A stretch of DNA of 32,000 nucleotides from Patescibacteria group bacterium (GTDB lineage: Bacteria > Patescibacteriota > Patescibacteriia > 2-01-FULL-39-33). The stretch spans positions 60,001 to 92,000 of the forward strand of contig JBAZRV010000002.1 in assembly GCA_041662745.1 (NCBI GenBank), read 5' to 3'. A program made the position numbers and the translations under genes. The notes under the pieces are model-generated. The model saw only the letters and a program-made list of their open reading frames with translations, was not told the DNA's origin and searched no databases. Below are positions 1 to 8,462 of the stretch, piece after piece (position 1 is the first letter of the stretch; each line of letters begins with the position of its first letter).

Positions 1-17
1 TAATAGCAATTAAATTT

Positions 18-713
18 ATGCCAATCCCAGCCAAGGTCAAGAAATATCTTGACACTAAGGGCATTGATTATGAAGAGCTGGCCCACAAGACCGTCTTTAC
101 CGCTTACGATGCGGCGCAGACATTGAAAAAACAGCTCAAAGAAATCGCCAAGACGATTTTGATTGAAGCGGACAAAACCCATGTGTTGGTGGTTTTGCCG
201 GCCGACAAAAAAATCGATATGGCCAAGCTTAAAAAGGTCTTGGGCGCCAAAAGCGTCCGCATTCCCGATGAAAAGGTGATGATTAAAGTATTAAAAATCA
301 AGCCGGGGACTTTGTCGTCTTTCGGCCGTTTACATGACATGGAAGTGGTGGTGGACAAAGCCATGATCGGCGTGAAAAAGGCCGTAGTGTCTACCGGCAG
401 TTTTACCGACAGCGTCCTGATGAAAGTCAAGGATTTCGTGCAGAGCGAGGAAGCGCGTTTGGTTGACATCGCCATGAAGGGCGGTTACAAAGTTCCCAAG
501 GCGACAAAGAAAAAGATGATTAAGGTAAAAAAGCAGGTTCAGGCCAGGAAAGGCAAAAAGACCAAGATTAAAGTTCCTAAAACGCTGAAGAAGCTGGTTA
601 AGCCGGCCAAGAAAGCCCTGAAGGCGGCAATCAAACGGCCGATTAAAAAGTCAACCGGAAAATCCGTCAGTAAGAAAACAACCGTCAGTAAGAAAATAAG
701 TAAGAGGAGATAG
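18..713 (+). CDS. YbaK/aminoacyl-tRNA deacylase-like domain protein with Lys-rich C-terminal tail
   Basis: Intact ORF with ATG. N-terminal ~150 aa resemble the YbaK/EbsC fold family (LDTKGIDYEELAHKTVFTAYDAAQ...IAKTILIEADKTHVLVVLPADKKIDMAKLKKVLGAKSVR). C-terminal ~75 aa are K/R/T-rich. Confidence 0.8.
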   Translation: MPIPAKVKKYLDTKGIDYEELAHKTVFTAYDAAQTLKKQLKEIAKTILIEADKTHVLVVLPADKKIDMAKLKKVLGAKSVRIPDEKVMIKVLKIKPGTLSSFGRLHDMEVVVDKAMIGVKKAVVSTGSFTDSVLMKVKDFVQSEEARLVDIAMKGGYKVPKATKKKMIKVKKQVQARKGKKTKIKVPKTLKKLVKPAKKALKAAIKRPIKKSTGKSVSKKTTVSKKISKRR

Positions 714-778
714 AAAAATAAAAAGAGAGCAGCCGATGCGGTTGCTCCCAAGAGAAGGTTCGGAAGAAATTCAAGGGG

Positions 779-1363
779 TTATTTTAGCAGTATTTTAGGG
801 GATTCCACCATGTCCTGCTCATCAATAATCCGCACGCCGCATTCTTCAAAACTCGGCCGGAAACGATCCAACGACCTGGCCAGCGGAAGCCACTCTGCGG
901 TGCCGGACGATGTGATAAGGGCGATCGGCGGAATTTTGATTGCAGTTAGTTCGCACAGGGTAATAATATCAAAAGCCACGCAGGCGCCGGTGAGAATTCC
1001 ATTTTGGGAAAGCGGGCGATGAAATGGATCGTGTTCCATGGCGATAATGAACAAGCGTTCAAATTGCTTCCGTTGAATGCCGGATAGCAATTCCTCCGGA
1101 TCGTCCAGACTGATCCCGGACATGCTGAAAACCATTTTTTCGTTGGCGCGATGAAGCGCGCATACCAGATCTTTGATCATCAGGGAATCCGGCGACATGG
1201 CGGCGTAGGGATCGCTGCAGGTTAAACAATTTTCCAAATTGATTTTTGCTTGTTCCGGAGTTTTTCCCTGGTAAATCAGGGCAAAAGACCTTGCTTTTTC
1301 CCCGGAGGCGCTTGGGCAAAGCCCTGGGTGAAAAGGTGAGAGCTCAATCATCATGATAATCAA
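779..1363 (-). CDS. hypothetical protein, 194 aa
   Basis: Intact ORF in a stretch with no better plus-strand candidate. Family not recognised. Confidence 0.65.
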   Translation of the reverse strand: MIIMMIELSPFHPGLCPSASGEKARSFALIYQGKTPEQAKINLENCLTCSDPYAAMSPDSLMIKDLVCALHRANEKMVFSMSGISLDDPEELLSGIQRKQFERLFIIAMEHDPFHRPLSQNGILTGACVAFDIITLCELTAIKIPPIALITSSGTAEWLPLARSLDRFRPSFEECGVRIIDEQDMVESPKILLK

Positions 1364-1524
1364 TCCCTTTCTGCGTTGTTAACGTCCTTGGTTGATGTTT
1401 CTGCCACAAAAATTCTAGTTAGATCATACCATAAACAAAGAAAAAGTCAAGCATTAGTTGATTGAATTTATTGAAGAATATTTTATAATTTGTTTAAATT
1501 TAGATAAAAAATTATTGACCAATC

Positions 1525-2232
1525 GTGGATTATCAAATAGTTTTAGATAAATTTTCCGGTCCCTTGGATCTTTTGCTGCAATTGATTGAGCAAGAGGAAC
1601 TTGATATTTCTCAGGTTTCCCTGGCCAAGGTTACCGATCAATATTTGGCTTATTTGGACGCCAATAAGGGTCTGCCGGCCGGGGAGTTGGCTGATTTTTT
1701 GACGGTGGCGACGAAGTTATTGGTTATTAAGTCAAAATTATTGTTACCGCAGTTGGCGGATGAGGAAGAAGACAGCGCGGAACAATTGGAAGCCCAGCTC
1801 AAGATGTATAAGGAATATTTGGAAGCGAGCAAGAAGCTTGAAGTATTGTTAATGGAAAATAATTATTCTTTCACGCGCGAGCGTTTGCCGATTGATTTTC
1901 GGCCGGCCTTTTCTCCGCCACCCTCGCTTTCGGCCGGCGATCTGACCGCTATTTTTGAGGAGATTTTAAAGCGCGTTGAATATGTTACCGGGTTGCCGAA
2001 GAAAATAATGGAACGGGTGGTCAGCTTGCAGGAGATGGTAACCGGCATCAGAGAAGCTTTGGGGCGAGCGCAGAAGATGAGTTTTAAAGAGGTGATCGCT
2101 AACGCCAAATCCAAGCATGAGGTAGTCATCAGTTTCATGGCCTTGCTGGAACTGATTAAATCCGGCGAAGCCGCCGTCAACCAAAAGGGAATTTTTGATG
2201 AGATAGAAGTGGAAAAAGTCAGCGCCAATTAA
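1525..2232 (+). CDS. scpA: segregation and condensation protein A
   Basis: Start DYQIVLDKFSGPLDLLLQLIEQEELDISQVSLAKVTDQYL is typical of ScpA. scpB follows immediately. Confidence 0.95.
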   Translation: MDYQIVLDKFSGPLDLLLQLIEQEELDISQVSLAKVTDQYLAYLDANKGLPAGELADFLTVATKLLVIKSKLLLPQLADEEEDSAEQLEAQLKMYKEYLEASKKLEVLLMENNYSFTRERLPIDFRPAFSPPPSLSAGDLTAIFEEILKRVEYVTGLPKKIMERVVSLQEMVTGIREALGRAQKMSFKEVIANAKSKHEVVISFMALLELIKSGEAAVNQKGIFDEIEVEKVSAN

Positions 2233-2242
2233 AATATCAATT

Positions 2243-2824
2243 ATGAATTTAAAAAATACCATTGAATCATTGCTGTTTATTTCCCATAAGCCGTTGAGCG
2301 TCGCGGAACTGGCCAGGTTGGCCGAAAGCGACAAAACGGCGGTGGAGGAAGCGCTTAAATTATTGCAAGGGGAGTATGGAGAAAAAAACGGCGGTATAGA
2401 AATAATCAATATTGAAGATAAATATCAGATGGCCGCTACCGGCGAATCTTCGACGACCGTGGCTAAATTTTTGAAAACAGAAGTGACCGGAGAGCTGACT
2501 CGGCCGTCGTTGGAAACATTGACCATCATCGCCTATCGCGGACCGGTTTCCAAGGCGGAATTGGAATTGATACGCGGGGTCAATTGTTCTTTGATTTTGC
2601 GCAATCTGCTGATGCGCGGGCTGATTGAATCGCGCGAGGATAAAGACAAGGCCGCAAACGTTTATCAGATAACTTTTGATTTCTTAAAGCATTTGGGCCT
2701 CAGTTCGGTTAGCGAATTGCCGGATTATGAACGGCTTAACCGCAATAATAACTTGGAGAAATTATTGCACGGCCTGACCGGCGGCGCAGTGGAACAGGAA
2801 ATCACCGCCGACTTGGCCGTTTAA
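2243..2824 (+). CDS. scpB: segregation and condensation protein B
   Basis: ESLLFISHKPLSVAELARL...LTIIAYRGPVSKAELELIRGVN...LMRGLIES is typical of ScpB. Adjacent to scpA. Confidence 0.95.
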   Translation: MNLKNTIESLLFISHKPLSVAELARLAESDKTAVEEALKLLQGEYGEKNGGIEIINIEDKYQMAATGESSTTVAKFLKTEVTGELTRPSLETLTIIAYRGPVSKAELELIRGVNCSLILRNLLMRGLIESREDKDKAANVYQITFDFLKHLGLSSVSELPDYERLNRNNNLEKLLHGLTGGAVEQEITADLAV

Positions 2825-2875
2825 TTTTATATTTTAAGATAATACTAAAAAAACCTGATTATTAACTCATTTGCC

Positions 2876-3799
2876 ATGTTTGAAGCCGTCTTAAATCTGT
2901 TTTTGGCCGCAATTTTCCTGCAAGCGCAGGCCACCAACCCCGCCGATGCCGTTATGCCGGCTAACTCTTTGCCTTTGGCTCAACAGAAAATTGAAGCCCG
3001 TCTTCCGGAAAAAGCCATAGACAGCGAAAGCTTGGGTGTCAGAGTCTCGGCTAAAAGCTTTATCGTGGTGGAACCGGAAACCGGCGCGGTTTTGTATGAG
3101 AAAAATTCCCAAGATTGCCGGCCCATCGCTTCTTTGACCAAGCTCATGACCGCTTTGGTGTTTCTGGAACATAATCCCGGTTGGGATAAGCAATACACGA
3201 TGACCGCTGATGATTTTCGCGTGGGAGCCAAGCCGGCCCTGATGGTTGGCGACGTTCTGACCGTCCGCGAGCTGTTTTATACCATGCTGATTTCTTCGGC
3301 TAACGAAGCGGCGGTGGCTTTAGCCAAGTCTACCGGCTTGACGCCGGAAGAGTTCGTCGGGCAAATGAATTTATACGCCAAATTATTGGCTATGGATTCC
3401 AGCCAGTTTAGCGAGACGACCGGATTGTCCGTGGATAACAAGGCCAGCGCCGAGGATGTTATTAAATTGATTAAAGTCGCCTTCTCCCATTCCGAAATCC
3501 GCAAGGCCTTGGGCTTTAAGAGTTACAATGTGTCGATCATCAATAAAAATTTGTCGCGCCATATCAACAGCACGGACATGATTTTGAAAGCCGAGTTCGG
3601 CTATCGCGGCGATTCCTACAAGTTGGAAGCGGGCAAGACCGGCACCTTGCCGTCCGCCGGCTACTGTTTCGCCAGCCAGGTCAAGGATCAGAATAATCGC
3701 CGGTTGCTGATAGCCGTTTTGGGCAGTTCTTCCACCTATGATCGCTTTACCGACACCAAATCCCTGGCCTATTGGGTGTTCAATAATTTTTCTTGGTAA
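2876..3799 (+). CDS. D-alanyl-D-alanine carboxypeptidase (peptidase S11, PBP5-like), secreted
   Basis: Signal-like N-terminus; active-site motifs SLTK, SAN and KTG (AGKTGTLPSAG). Confidence 0.92.
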   Translation: MFEAVLNLFLAAIFLQAQATNPADAVMPANSLPLAQQKIEARLPEKAIDSESLGVRVSAKSFIVVEPETGAVLYEKNSQDCRPIASLTKLMTALVFLEHNPGWDKQYTMTADDFRVGAKPALMVGDVLTVRELFYTMLISSANEAAVALAKSTGLTPEEFVGQMNLYAKLLAMDSSQFSETTGLSVDNKASAEDVIKLIKVAFSHSEIRKALGFKSYNVSIINKNLSRHINSTDMILKAEFGYRGDSYKLEAGKTGTLPSAGYCFASQVKDQNNRRLLIAVLGSSSTYDRFTDTKSLAYWVFNNFSW

Positions 3800-3806
3800 C
3801 ATTAAT

Positions 3807-4109
3807 ATGCTGTATAATAAACTGATCAGAGATAATATTCCTGACATTATAGCCGCTAAAGGTGAGAAAGCAATAATTCATGTTGCCGATTTATCCGAGT
3901 ATAAGAAAAAACTCGATGAAAAATTAATGGAAGAGGTGGGAGAGCTTTTAGCCGGCTACGAGATGGCCGAGATGGCTGATGTTTTTGAGGTGTTAGCGGC
4001 TATAGCTAAAGTTAACGGTTATGACTTGGCGCAAGTGGAGCAATTAAGGCAAGAAAAGAAGGGGCAGCGCGGGGGATTTGAGCGGAGAATTATTTTGGAG
4101 GAATCGTAA
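3807..4109 (+). CDS. MazG-like / phosphoribosyl-ATP pyrophosphohydrolase-like protein
   Basis: MLYNKLIRDNIPDIIAAKGEKAIIHVADLSEYKKKLDEKLMEEVGELL...EMADVFEVLAAI. The track start at 3738 overlaps the dacA-like gene; the internal ATG at 3807 is more plausible. Confidence 0.8.
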   Translation: MLYNKLIRDNIPDIIAAKGEKAIIHVADLSEYKKKLDEKLMEEVGELLAGYEMAEMADVFEVLAAIAKVNGYDLAQVEQLRQEKKGQRGGFERRIILEES

Positions 4110-4142
4110 TTTATGGAGTTAATTATTATTGATAATTGAGGT

Positions 4143-4643
4143 ATGGATTTTTTATTGAGTTTTTTTGCCGGCTTGCCGCCAGCATGGGTGATTTTGTTTA
4201 TTTCCATGATTCCGATCGTGGAGTTGCGCGGCGCTTTGCCTGTGGCCTTGACGTTTTATAAGCTTAATCCCATCTTGGCTTACTGTTTGTCGGTTATCGG
4301 CAATCTGTTGCCGGTGATGCTGATTTTGCTTTACATCGGCCCGGTCTCCGATTGGCTGAAAAAGCGCAGTCGGCTGATGGACAGGTTTTTTGCCTGGCTG
4401 TTTAAACGTACCAGGCATAAAATCGGCAAAAATTACGAAAAGTACGGCCTGTTGGCCTTGGCGATTTTTGTGGCCATCCCACTGCCTATGACCGGCGCTT
4501 GGACCGGCGCTTTGGCGGCTTGGCTGTTCGGGATTGATAATCGGCGCGCCTTTTTGGCTATTGCCGCCGGTGTCCTGGTCGCCGGCCTTATTGTGCTTTC
4601 GGCTACTGCCGGCATATTGAATTTTTTGGATTTTTTAATTTAA
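4143..4643 (+). CDS. small multidrug export (Sm_multidrug_ex)-like membrane protein
   Basis: ISMIPIVELRGALPVAL...IGNLLPV...VAIPLPMTGAWTGALAAWLFGI motifs and several transmembrane segments. Confidence 0.85.
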   Translation: MDFLLSFFAGLPPAWVILFISMIPIVELRGALPVALTFYKLNPILAYCLSVIGNLLPVMLILLYIGPVSDWLKKRSRLMDRFFAWLFKRTRHKIGKNYEKYGLLALAIFVAIPLPMTGAWTGALAAWLFGIDNRRAFLAIAAGVLVAGLIVLSATAGILNFLDFLI

Positions 4644-4647
4644 ACAT

Positions 4648-5406
4648 ATGCGCAAAATAATCATTGCCAATTGGAAAATGAATTTAAGTCCGGCCGCTTC
4701 GGCCGAGCTGGCCCATGATTTGGCTAAAGTTTTAAGCAATGACGCGCTGGAACGGAAAGATGTGGTTTTGGCGCCTTCCGTTTCCGCCTTGACTTTGGTG
4801 GCGGAAGAGATTAAAAAGGAAGAAATGGCTTTGAGCGCTCAGGATATTTTTTGGGAGGATCGGGGAGCCTTTACCGGCTGCGAATCGCCTGAATTTTTGC
4901 GCGAAGCCGGTTGCCGCTATGCCATTGTCGGTCACTCGGAACGGCGGCAGAATCTGGCTGAGACCGATGAAATGATCCATCTTAAACTCAAAGCCGCCCT
5001 CTCGGCCGGCTTGACTCCGATTTTGTGCGTTGGCGAAACTTACGAAGAGCGTCGCGAGGGGCAGACCGGCAATGTTTTGTTGCGTCAGGTTAACTCCGCT
5101 CTGCAAGGCATAAACTTTCTTACCGATGAATACTTGGTGGTCGCTTATGAGCCGGTTTGGGTAATCGGTTCGGGACAGGCGATTGAACCGGCCCAAGCCG
5201 AGGAAGCTTTCCGCATTATTTGGCAACAGATTATTGACAATATACCGATGGCCGTAGCCAAGTCCAATGTCCGCATTATTTACGGCGGTTCGGTGGACTC
5301 GTCCAATGCGGAGGATTTTGTGCCGCTGGATCATTTCGCCGGCTTTTTGGTTGGTGGAGCAAGTTTGAAAGCGGAGGAATTGGTCAAGGTTATAGAATTA
5401 ACTTAA
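4648..5406 (+). CDS. tpiA: triosephosphate isomerase
   Basis: IIANWKMN, GHSERR, YEPVWVIGSG and IIYGGSV motifs. Confidence 0.97.
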   Translation: MRKIIIANWKMNLSPAASAELAHDLAKVLSNDALERKDVVLAPSVSALTLVAEEIKKEEMALSAQDIFWEDRGAFTGCESPEFLREAGCRYAIVGHSERRQNLAETDEMIHLKLKAALSAGLTPILCVGETYEERREGQTGNVLLRQVNSALQGINFLTDEYLVVAYEPVWVIGSGQAIEPAQAEEAFRIIWQQIIDNIPMAVAKSNVRIIYGGSVDSSNAEDFVPLDHFAGFLVGGASLKAEELVKVIELT

Positions 5407-5410
5407 ATAT

Positions 5411-6226
5411 ATGAGATCTAAATCTTTTAAAACACCGGAGTTTAAAGCTCCTGTTGATATTTCGGATGAATCCGAGAAAGACAGAGAAAATGAGCCAACA
5501 TTACCGGAACGTCTTGATGATGGTGAGGCAGAAGAAGAAATCAACAAAAAGGTTGACTTAGCGGCAGTGATTGATGAATATTTAAAATTAGAAAGTGCCT
5601 GTTTTAAAGTTAATGATAGAAATACTATTATTGAGGCAACCGTTCAAGATTTAGCTCGCTTAGTTTTAGAATTAAAAGATAAATTAGCCGATTATGATGC
5701 TATTGTCAGCGATGATAGCAGCGGCCGTTTACCCTCATTACTTTTTAGAAGAATAATTAATAGACAAAAAAGAAAAAGCGGCCGGAAGGGGATACAAACC
5801 TTTTTTGTTTCTAGCGGCCGTCATAATTATTCTGAAATAATTTCCGGTTTGAGAGAATTTTTTGTTAAGAATCAGGAACAATTAGGCAGGGTATTATTAG
5901 TTACAGAATATATTGATAGCGGCAGGAGCATTTCCAGGTTAATTGGTATTATGCAAGAAGCGGGGGTTAATTTTGATTTGGCCGCTGTTTCTCTGTCAGG
6001 TGATGCCGCTAGTTACAATGATCAACAGCAACTCTATCAGCATTTGAGATACGGCGGTGTAAATAACGGCGGTCTTTATTTTTTTGAGCATCCCGGTCGA
6101 GGCGTTAAGAAAAACTGCGATAAGGTTCATCCGGTAAAGAGTTTTGTGGTAAGTCAAAAAAAGATTAACGCCAGTCGCAATAATATTAATTATTTAGCCG
6201 ATCAGTTAGCTGTTTTAGCCGATTAA
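5411..6226 (+). CDS. hypothetical protein with possible phosphoribosyltransferase-like C-terminal region
   Basis: Charged N-terminus; C-terminal LGRVLLVTEYIDSGRSISRLIGIMQEAGVNFDLAAVSL resembles a PRPP-binding loop context. Confidence 0.6.
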   Translation: MRSKSFKTPEFKAPVDISDESEKDRENEPTLPERLDDGEAEEEINKKVDLAAVIDEYLKLESACFKVNDRNTIIEATVQDLARLVLELKDKLADYDAIVSDDSSGRLPSLLFRRIINRQKRKSGRKGIQTFFVSSGRHNYSEIISGLREFFVKNQEQLGRVLLVTEYIDSGRSISRLIGIMQEAGVNFDLAAVSLSGDAASYNDQQQLYQHLRYGGVNNGGLYFFEHPGRGVKKNCDKVHPVKSFVVSQKKINASRNNINYLADQLAVLAD

Positions 6227-6229
6227 AAT

Positions 6230-7096
6230 ATGATTACACACCTCAAAAACATTGTTAGCAGCGCGCAACGGGGCAAGTATGCCTTGGGCGCCTTTAATAC
6301 TTCCAATTTGGAAGTGACACTGGGCATTATTCGTGGTGCGGCGGCGCAGAAGTCTCCGGTGATTGTCCAAGTCTCCGAAAGCACTATTAAGTATGCCGGC
6401 TTGACCAATATCACGGAATTGATTAAGATTATTGCTGCCAATGACGGCAAGAAAATTCCCATAGCCATCCACCTGGATCACGGCCATACCTTTCAAATCG
6501 TGGCCGATTGCGTTAAGGCGGGGTTTTCTTCGGTTCATATAGACGGTTCGGATCTGCCTTTTGAGAAGAATATCGCCTTAACTAAGAAGGCCGCGATTTT
6601 TGCTCATCGTCATGGCGTTTGGGCGCAAGCCGAATTAGGGGCAATGCTGGGCAAAGAGGGCACGGTGCTTAAGAATGTGCCCAAAGACCCTAATGCTTAC
6701 ATGACTGATCCGGCTAAGGTGAAGGAGTTTGTCCGCCGTACCGGCGCAGATACCTTGGCAATTTCTGTCGGCACCATGCACGGTTATTATCAGGGCCGGG
6801 AGAAGATTGATTTCCCCCGCTTAAAGAAAATTCAGCAAGAGATTCCGCAGACGCCTCTGGTGCTTCATGGCGCTTCCGGCTTATCCGACAGCGATTTGCG
6901 TTCAGCCGCCAAGTTCGGCGTCAGGATTGTCAATATTGATACGGATCTGCGTCGCGCCTTTACGCAAGCGTTAAGGCGGACAATCAAAACTGCGCCCAAG
7001 AACCATTATGACCCGCGCCAAATTTTAAAGCCGTCAATTGAAGCCGTGGCCGCCGAAACGGAACGCTTAATCAAATTGTTCGGCAGCGGACGCTAA
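6230..7096 (+). CDS. fba: class II fructose-bisphosphate aldolase
   Basis: GKYALGAFNTSNLE, PIAIHLDHGHTF, SVHIDGSDLPFEKNI, LVLHGASGLSD, VRIVNIDTDLR motifs. Confidence 0.92.
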   Translation: MITHLKNIVSSAQRGKYALGAFNTSNLEVTLGIIRGAAAQKSPVIVQVSESTIKYAGLTNITELIKIIAANDGKKIPIAIHLDHGHTFQIVADCVKAGFSSVHIDGSDLPFEKNIALTKKAAIFAHRHGVWAQAELGAMLGKEGTVLKNVPKDPNAYMTDPAKVKEFVRRTGADTLAISVGTMHGYYQGREKIDFPRLKKIQQEIPQTPLVLHGASGLSDSDLRSAAKFGVRIVNIDTDLRRAFTQALRRTIKTAPKNHYDPRQILKPSIEAVAAETERLIKLFGSGR

Positions 7097-7101
7097 ATTT
7101 T

Positions 7102-7968
7102 ATGTTGTTAAATATCACAGTCTTAATAATTTTAATAATTTCCTTGATTTTGCTGGCTCGCATTATCTGGCGGCATTTGCCGGAACTGAAGATCTTGGAT
7201 ATCAATTCCATTCCCAAGGAAAAACACGTTGACACCAAAGCTAAGATTTTGGAGTCAAAGTTTTTGCGCCAAAGCGATAAGACGCGCCAGCGTTTGGATA
7301 AAGTGATCGGGCCGATTAAGGCCGGCGTGGGCGGGTTGAAAAGCAGATTGCAAGAGCAGGTGCAGACATTGGAGAAAAAATATCAACGCCACGGGGAAGT
7401 AGAGGAGGCGAAAACCAAAAGCATCAACGATTTATTCGTGGAAGCGGAGCAATTGCTGGCTAAAGATGATTTGGCGGCGGCGGAAAGGGATTTGATTGAG
7501 ATTATTTCCCGCGATAAAAAGAGTATCCGCGCCTATGAATTATTATCCGACGTGTATCGAAGCGGAAAAAATTATGAGCAGGCGGCCGAGGTGATTAAAT
7601 ATTTGATCAAGCTTAAATCGCTCAAGTACCGCAAAAAGAATCCGGTTGAACCGTTGCAAAAGGAAAAATTGGAAGATACGGAAGCGGCTATGCTGGAGAC
7701 GATTAATGTGGATGTGGAAATCGCTGGCTATTATGATGACCTGGGCAAGGTTTATGAGATTTTAGGTAAAATTGACAAGGCTTTGGATAACTACCTCAAA
7801 GCCAACGCCATTGAACCCAATAACCCCAAATACCTGGATAAAGTCATTGATTTGGCTATTCTGGTCAAGGATAAGGGGTTGGCCAAGAAAACCTATCGCC
7901 AACTAAAGGAGATTAATCCGGAAAATGCCAAATTGGCCCGATTTAAAGAGGCGCTTGAAAAAATGTAA
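7102..7968 (+). CDS. TPR-repeat membrane-anchored protein
   Basis: N-terminal transmembrane segment; tandem TPR-like repeats (AAERDLIEIISRDKKSIRAYELLSDVYRSGKNYEQAAEVIKY...). Confidence 0.8.
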   Translation: MLLNITVLIILIISLILLARIIWRHLPELKILDINSIPKEKHVDTKAKILESKFLRQSDKTRQRLDKVIGPIKAGVGGLKSRLQEQVQTLEKKYQRHGEVEEAKTKSINDLFVEAEQLLAKDDLAAAERDLIEIISRDKKSIRAYELLSDVYRSGKNYEQAAEVIKYLIKLKSLKYRKKNPVEPLQKEKLEDTEAAMLETINVDVEIAGYYDDLGKVYEILGKIDKALDNYLKANAIEPNNPKYLDKVIDLAILVKDKGLAKKTYRQLKEINPENAKLARFKEALEKM

Positions 7969-7983
7969 GAAGTGTGCTAAAAT
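7955..7983 (+). promoter_or_regulatory. predicted sigma70-type promoter for tRNA-Thr/tRNA-Tyr
   Basis: TTGAAA (7955-7960), 17-nt spacer, TAAAAT (7978-7983), 15 nt upstream of the tRNA-Thr 5' end. Confidence 0.6.
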
Positions 7984-7998
7984 AGTTCTGTTGTTTTC

Positions 7999-8071
7999 GC
8001 CGTTGTAGCTCAGTTGGTAGAGCGCATCCATGGTAAGGATGAGGTCTCCGGTTCAAGCCCGGACAACGGCT
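7999..8071 (+). tRNA. tRNA-Thr (anticodon GGU)
   Basis: Full cloverleaf: acceptor GCCGTTG/CAACGGC, D arm GCTC..GAGC, anticodon stem CATCC/GGATG with loop ATGGTAA, T arm TCCGGTTCAAGCCCGGA. No encoded CCA. Confidence 0.95.
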
Positions 8072-8106
8072 TAGGTGGTAAAATCGTATTATTAGGTTAT
8101 AAACTC

Positions 8107-8188
8107 GGGTCGGTACCAAAGCGGTCAACTGGGGGAGACTGTAAATCTCTTGGCTCTGCCTTCGGGGGTTCGAATCCCTCCCGGCCCA
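8107..8188 (+). tRNA. tRNA-Tyr (anticodon GUA)
   Basis: Class II tRNA: acceptor GGGTCGG/CCGGCCC, anticodon loop CTGTAAA, long variable arm, T arm GGGGGTTCGAATCCCTC. No encoded CCA. Confidence 0.95.
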
Positions 8189-8190
8189 TA

Positions 8191-8231
8191 TCAAAAAGAA
8201 AAACAGGATATTATCCTGTTTTTCTTTTTGA
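8191..8231 (+). terminator. long terminator-like hairpin after tRNA-Tyr
   Basis: TCAAAAAGAAAAACAGGAT / ATCCTGTTTTTCTTTTTGA: perfect 19-bp inverted repeat with ATT loop; the 3' arm is U-rich. Confidence 0.7.
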
Positions 8232-8246
8232 CTTGAGTTGTCGATA

Positions 8247-8407
8247 GGATTCGAACAGGCGGTTAATTGAGCCAGAAGTCCGACGGAAGGAGGACGACGC
8301 AGCGAAATTACAGCCAATCCGAGCTGGCGTAGGATTGGCGACCACCCAGGACAGAAGAAATTGCCAGATTCTGCTGGCGATTTCTGTCGGAAATCCCTCC
8401 CGGCCCA
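8247..8407 (+). ncRNA. candidate structured RNA element, copy A
   Basis: Closed by GGATT/AATCC; internal helices GCCAATCC/GGATTGGC and GAAATTGCCAG/CTGGCGATTTC; shared core AAG-TCCGA..GGAAG..GAGGA-GA.GC. Confidence 0.55.
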
Positions 8408-8451
8408 TAAATTTAAAAACGCAGGCTTTATGCCTGTGTTTTTAAATTTAT
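8407..8451 (+). terminator. long terminator-like hairpin starting repeat unit 2
   Basis: ATAAATTTAAAAACGCAGGC / GCCTGTGTTTTTAAATTTAT: 20-bp stem with one G-U, 5-nt loop; equivalent position to the 8191-8231 hairpin. Confidence 0.55.
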
Positions 8452-8462
8452 AAGTTGAGAGC

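Noticed and set aside
104-475. Minus-strand ORF opposite the YbaK-like gene
   Set aside because: Entirely antisense to a recognisable coding gene, with low-complexity S/T-rich translation. Other antisense ORFs in the track (e.g. 539-751, 1863-2228, 2891-3193, 4152-4418, 4732-5334, 13412-14137, 15929-16471, 17303-17743, 22048-22623, 25652-26581) were rejected for the same reason.
3738-4109. Track start at 3738 for the MazG-like gene
   Set aside because: It overlaps the upstream carboxypeptidase by 62 nt, and the first 23 residues do not fit the family; ATG at 3807 fits better.
8014-8247. Plus-strand ORF of 77 aa
   Set aside because: It runs through both tRNA genes, so it is not a plausible protein.
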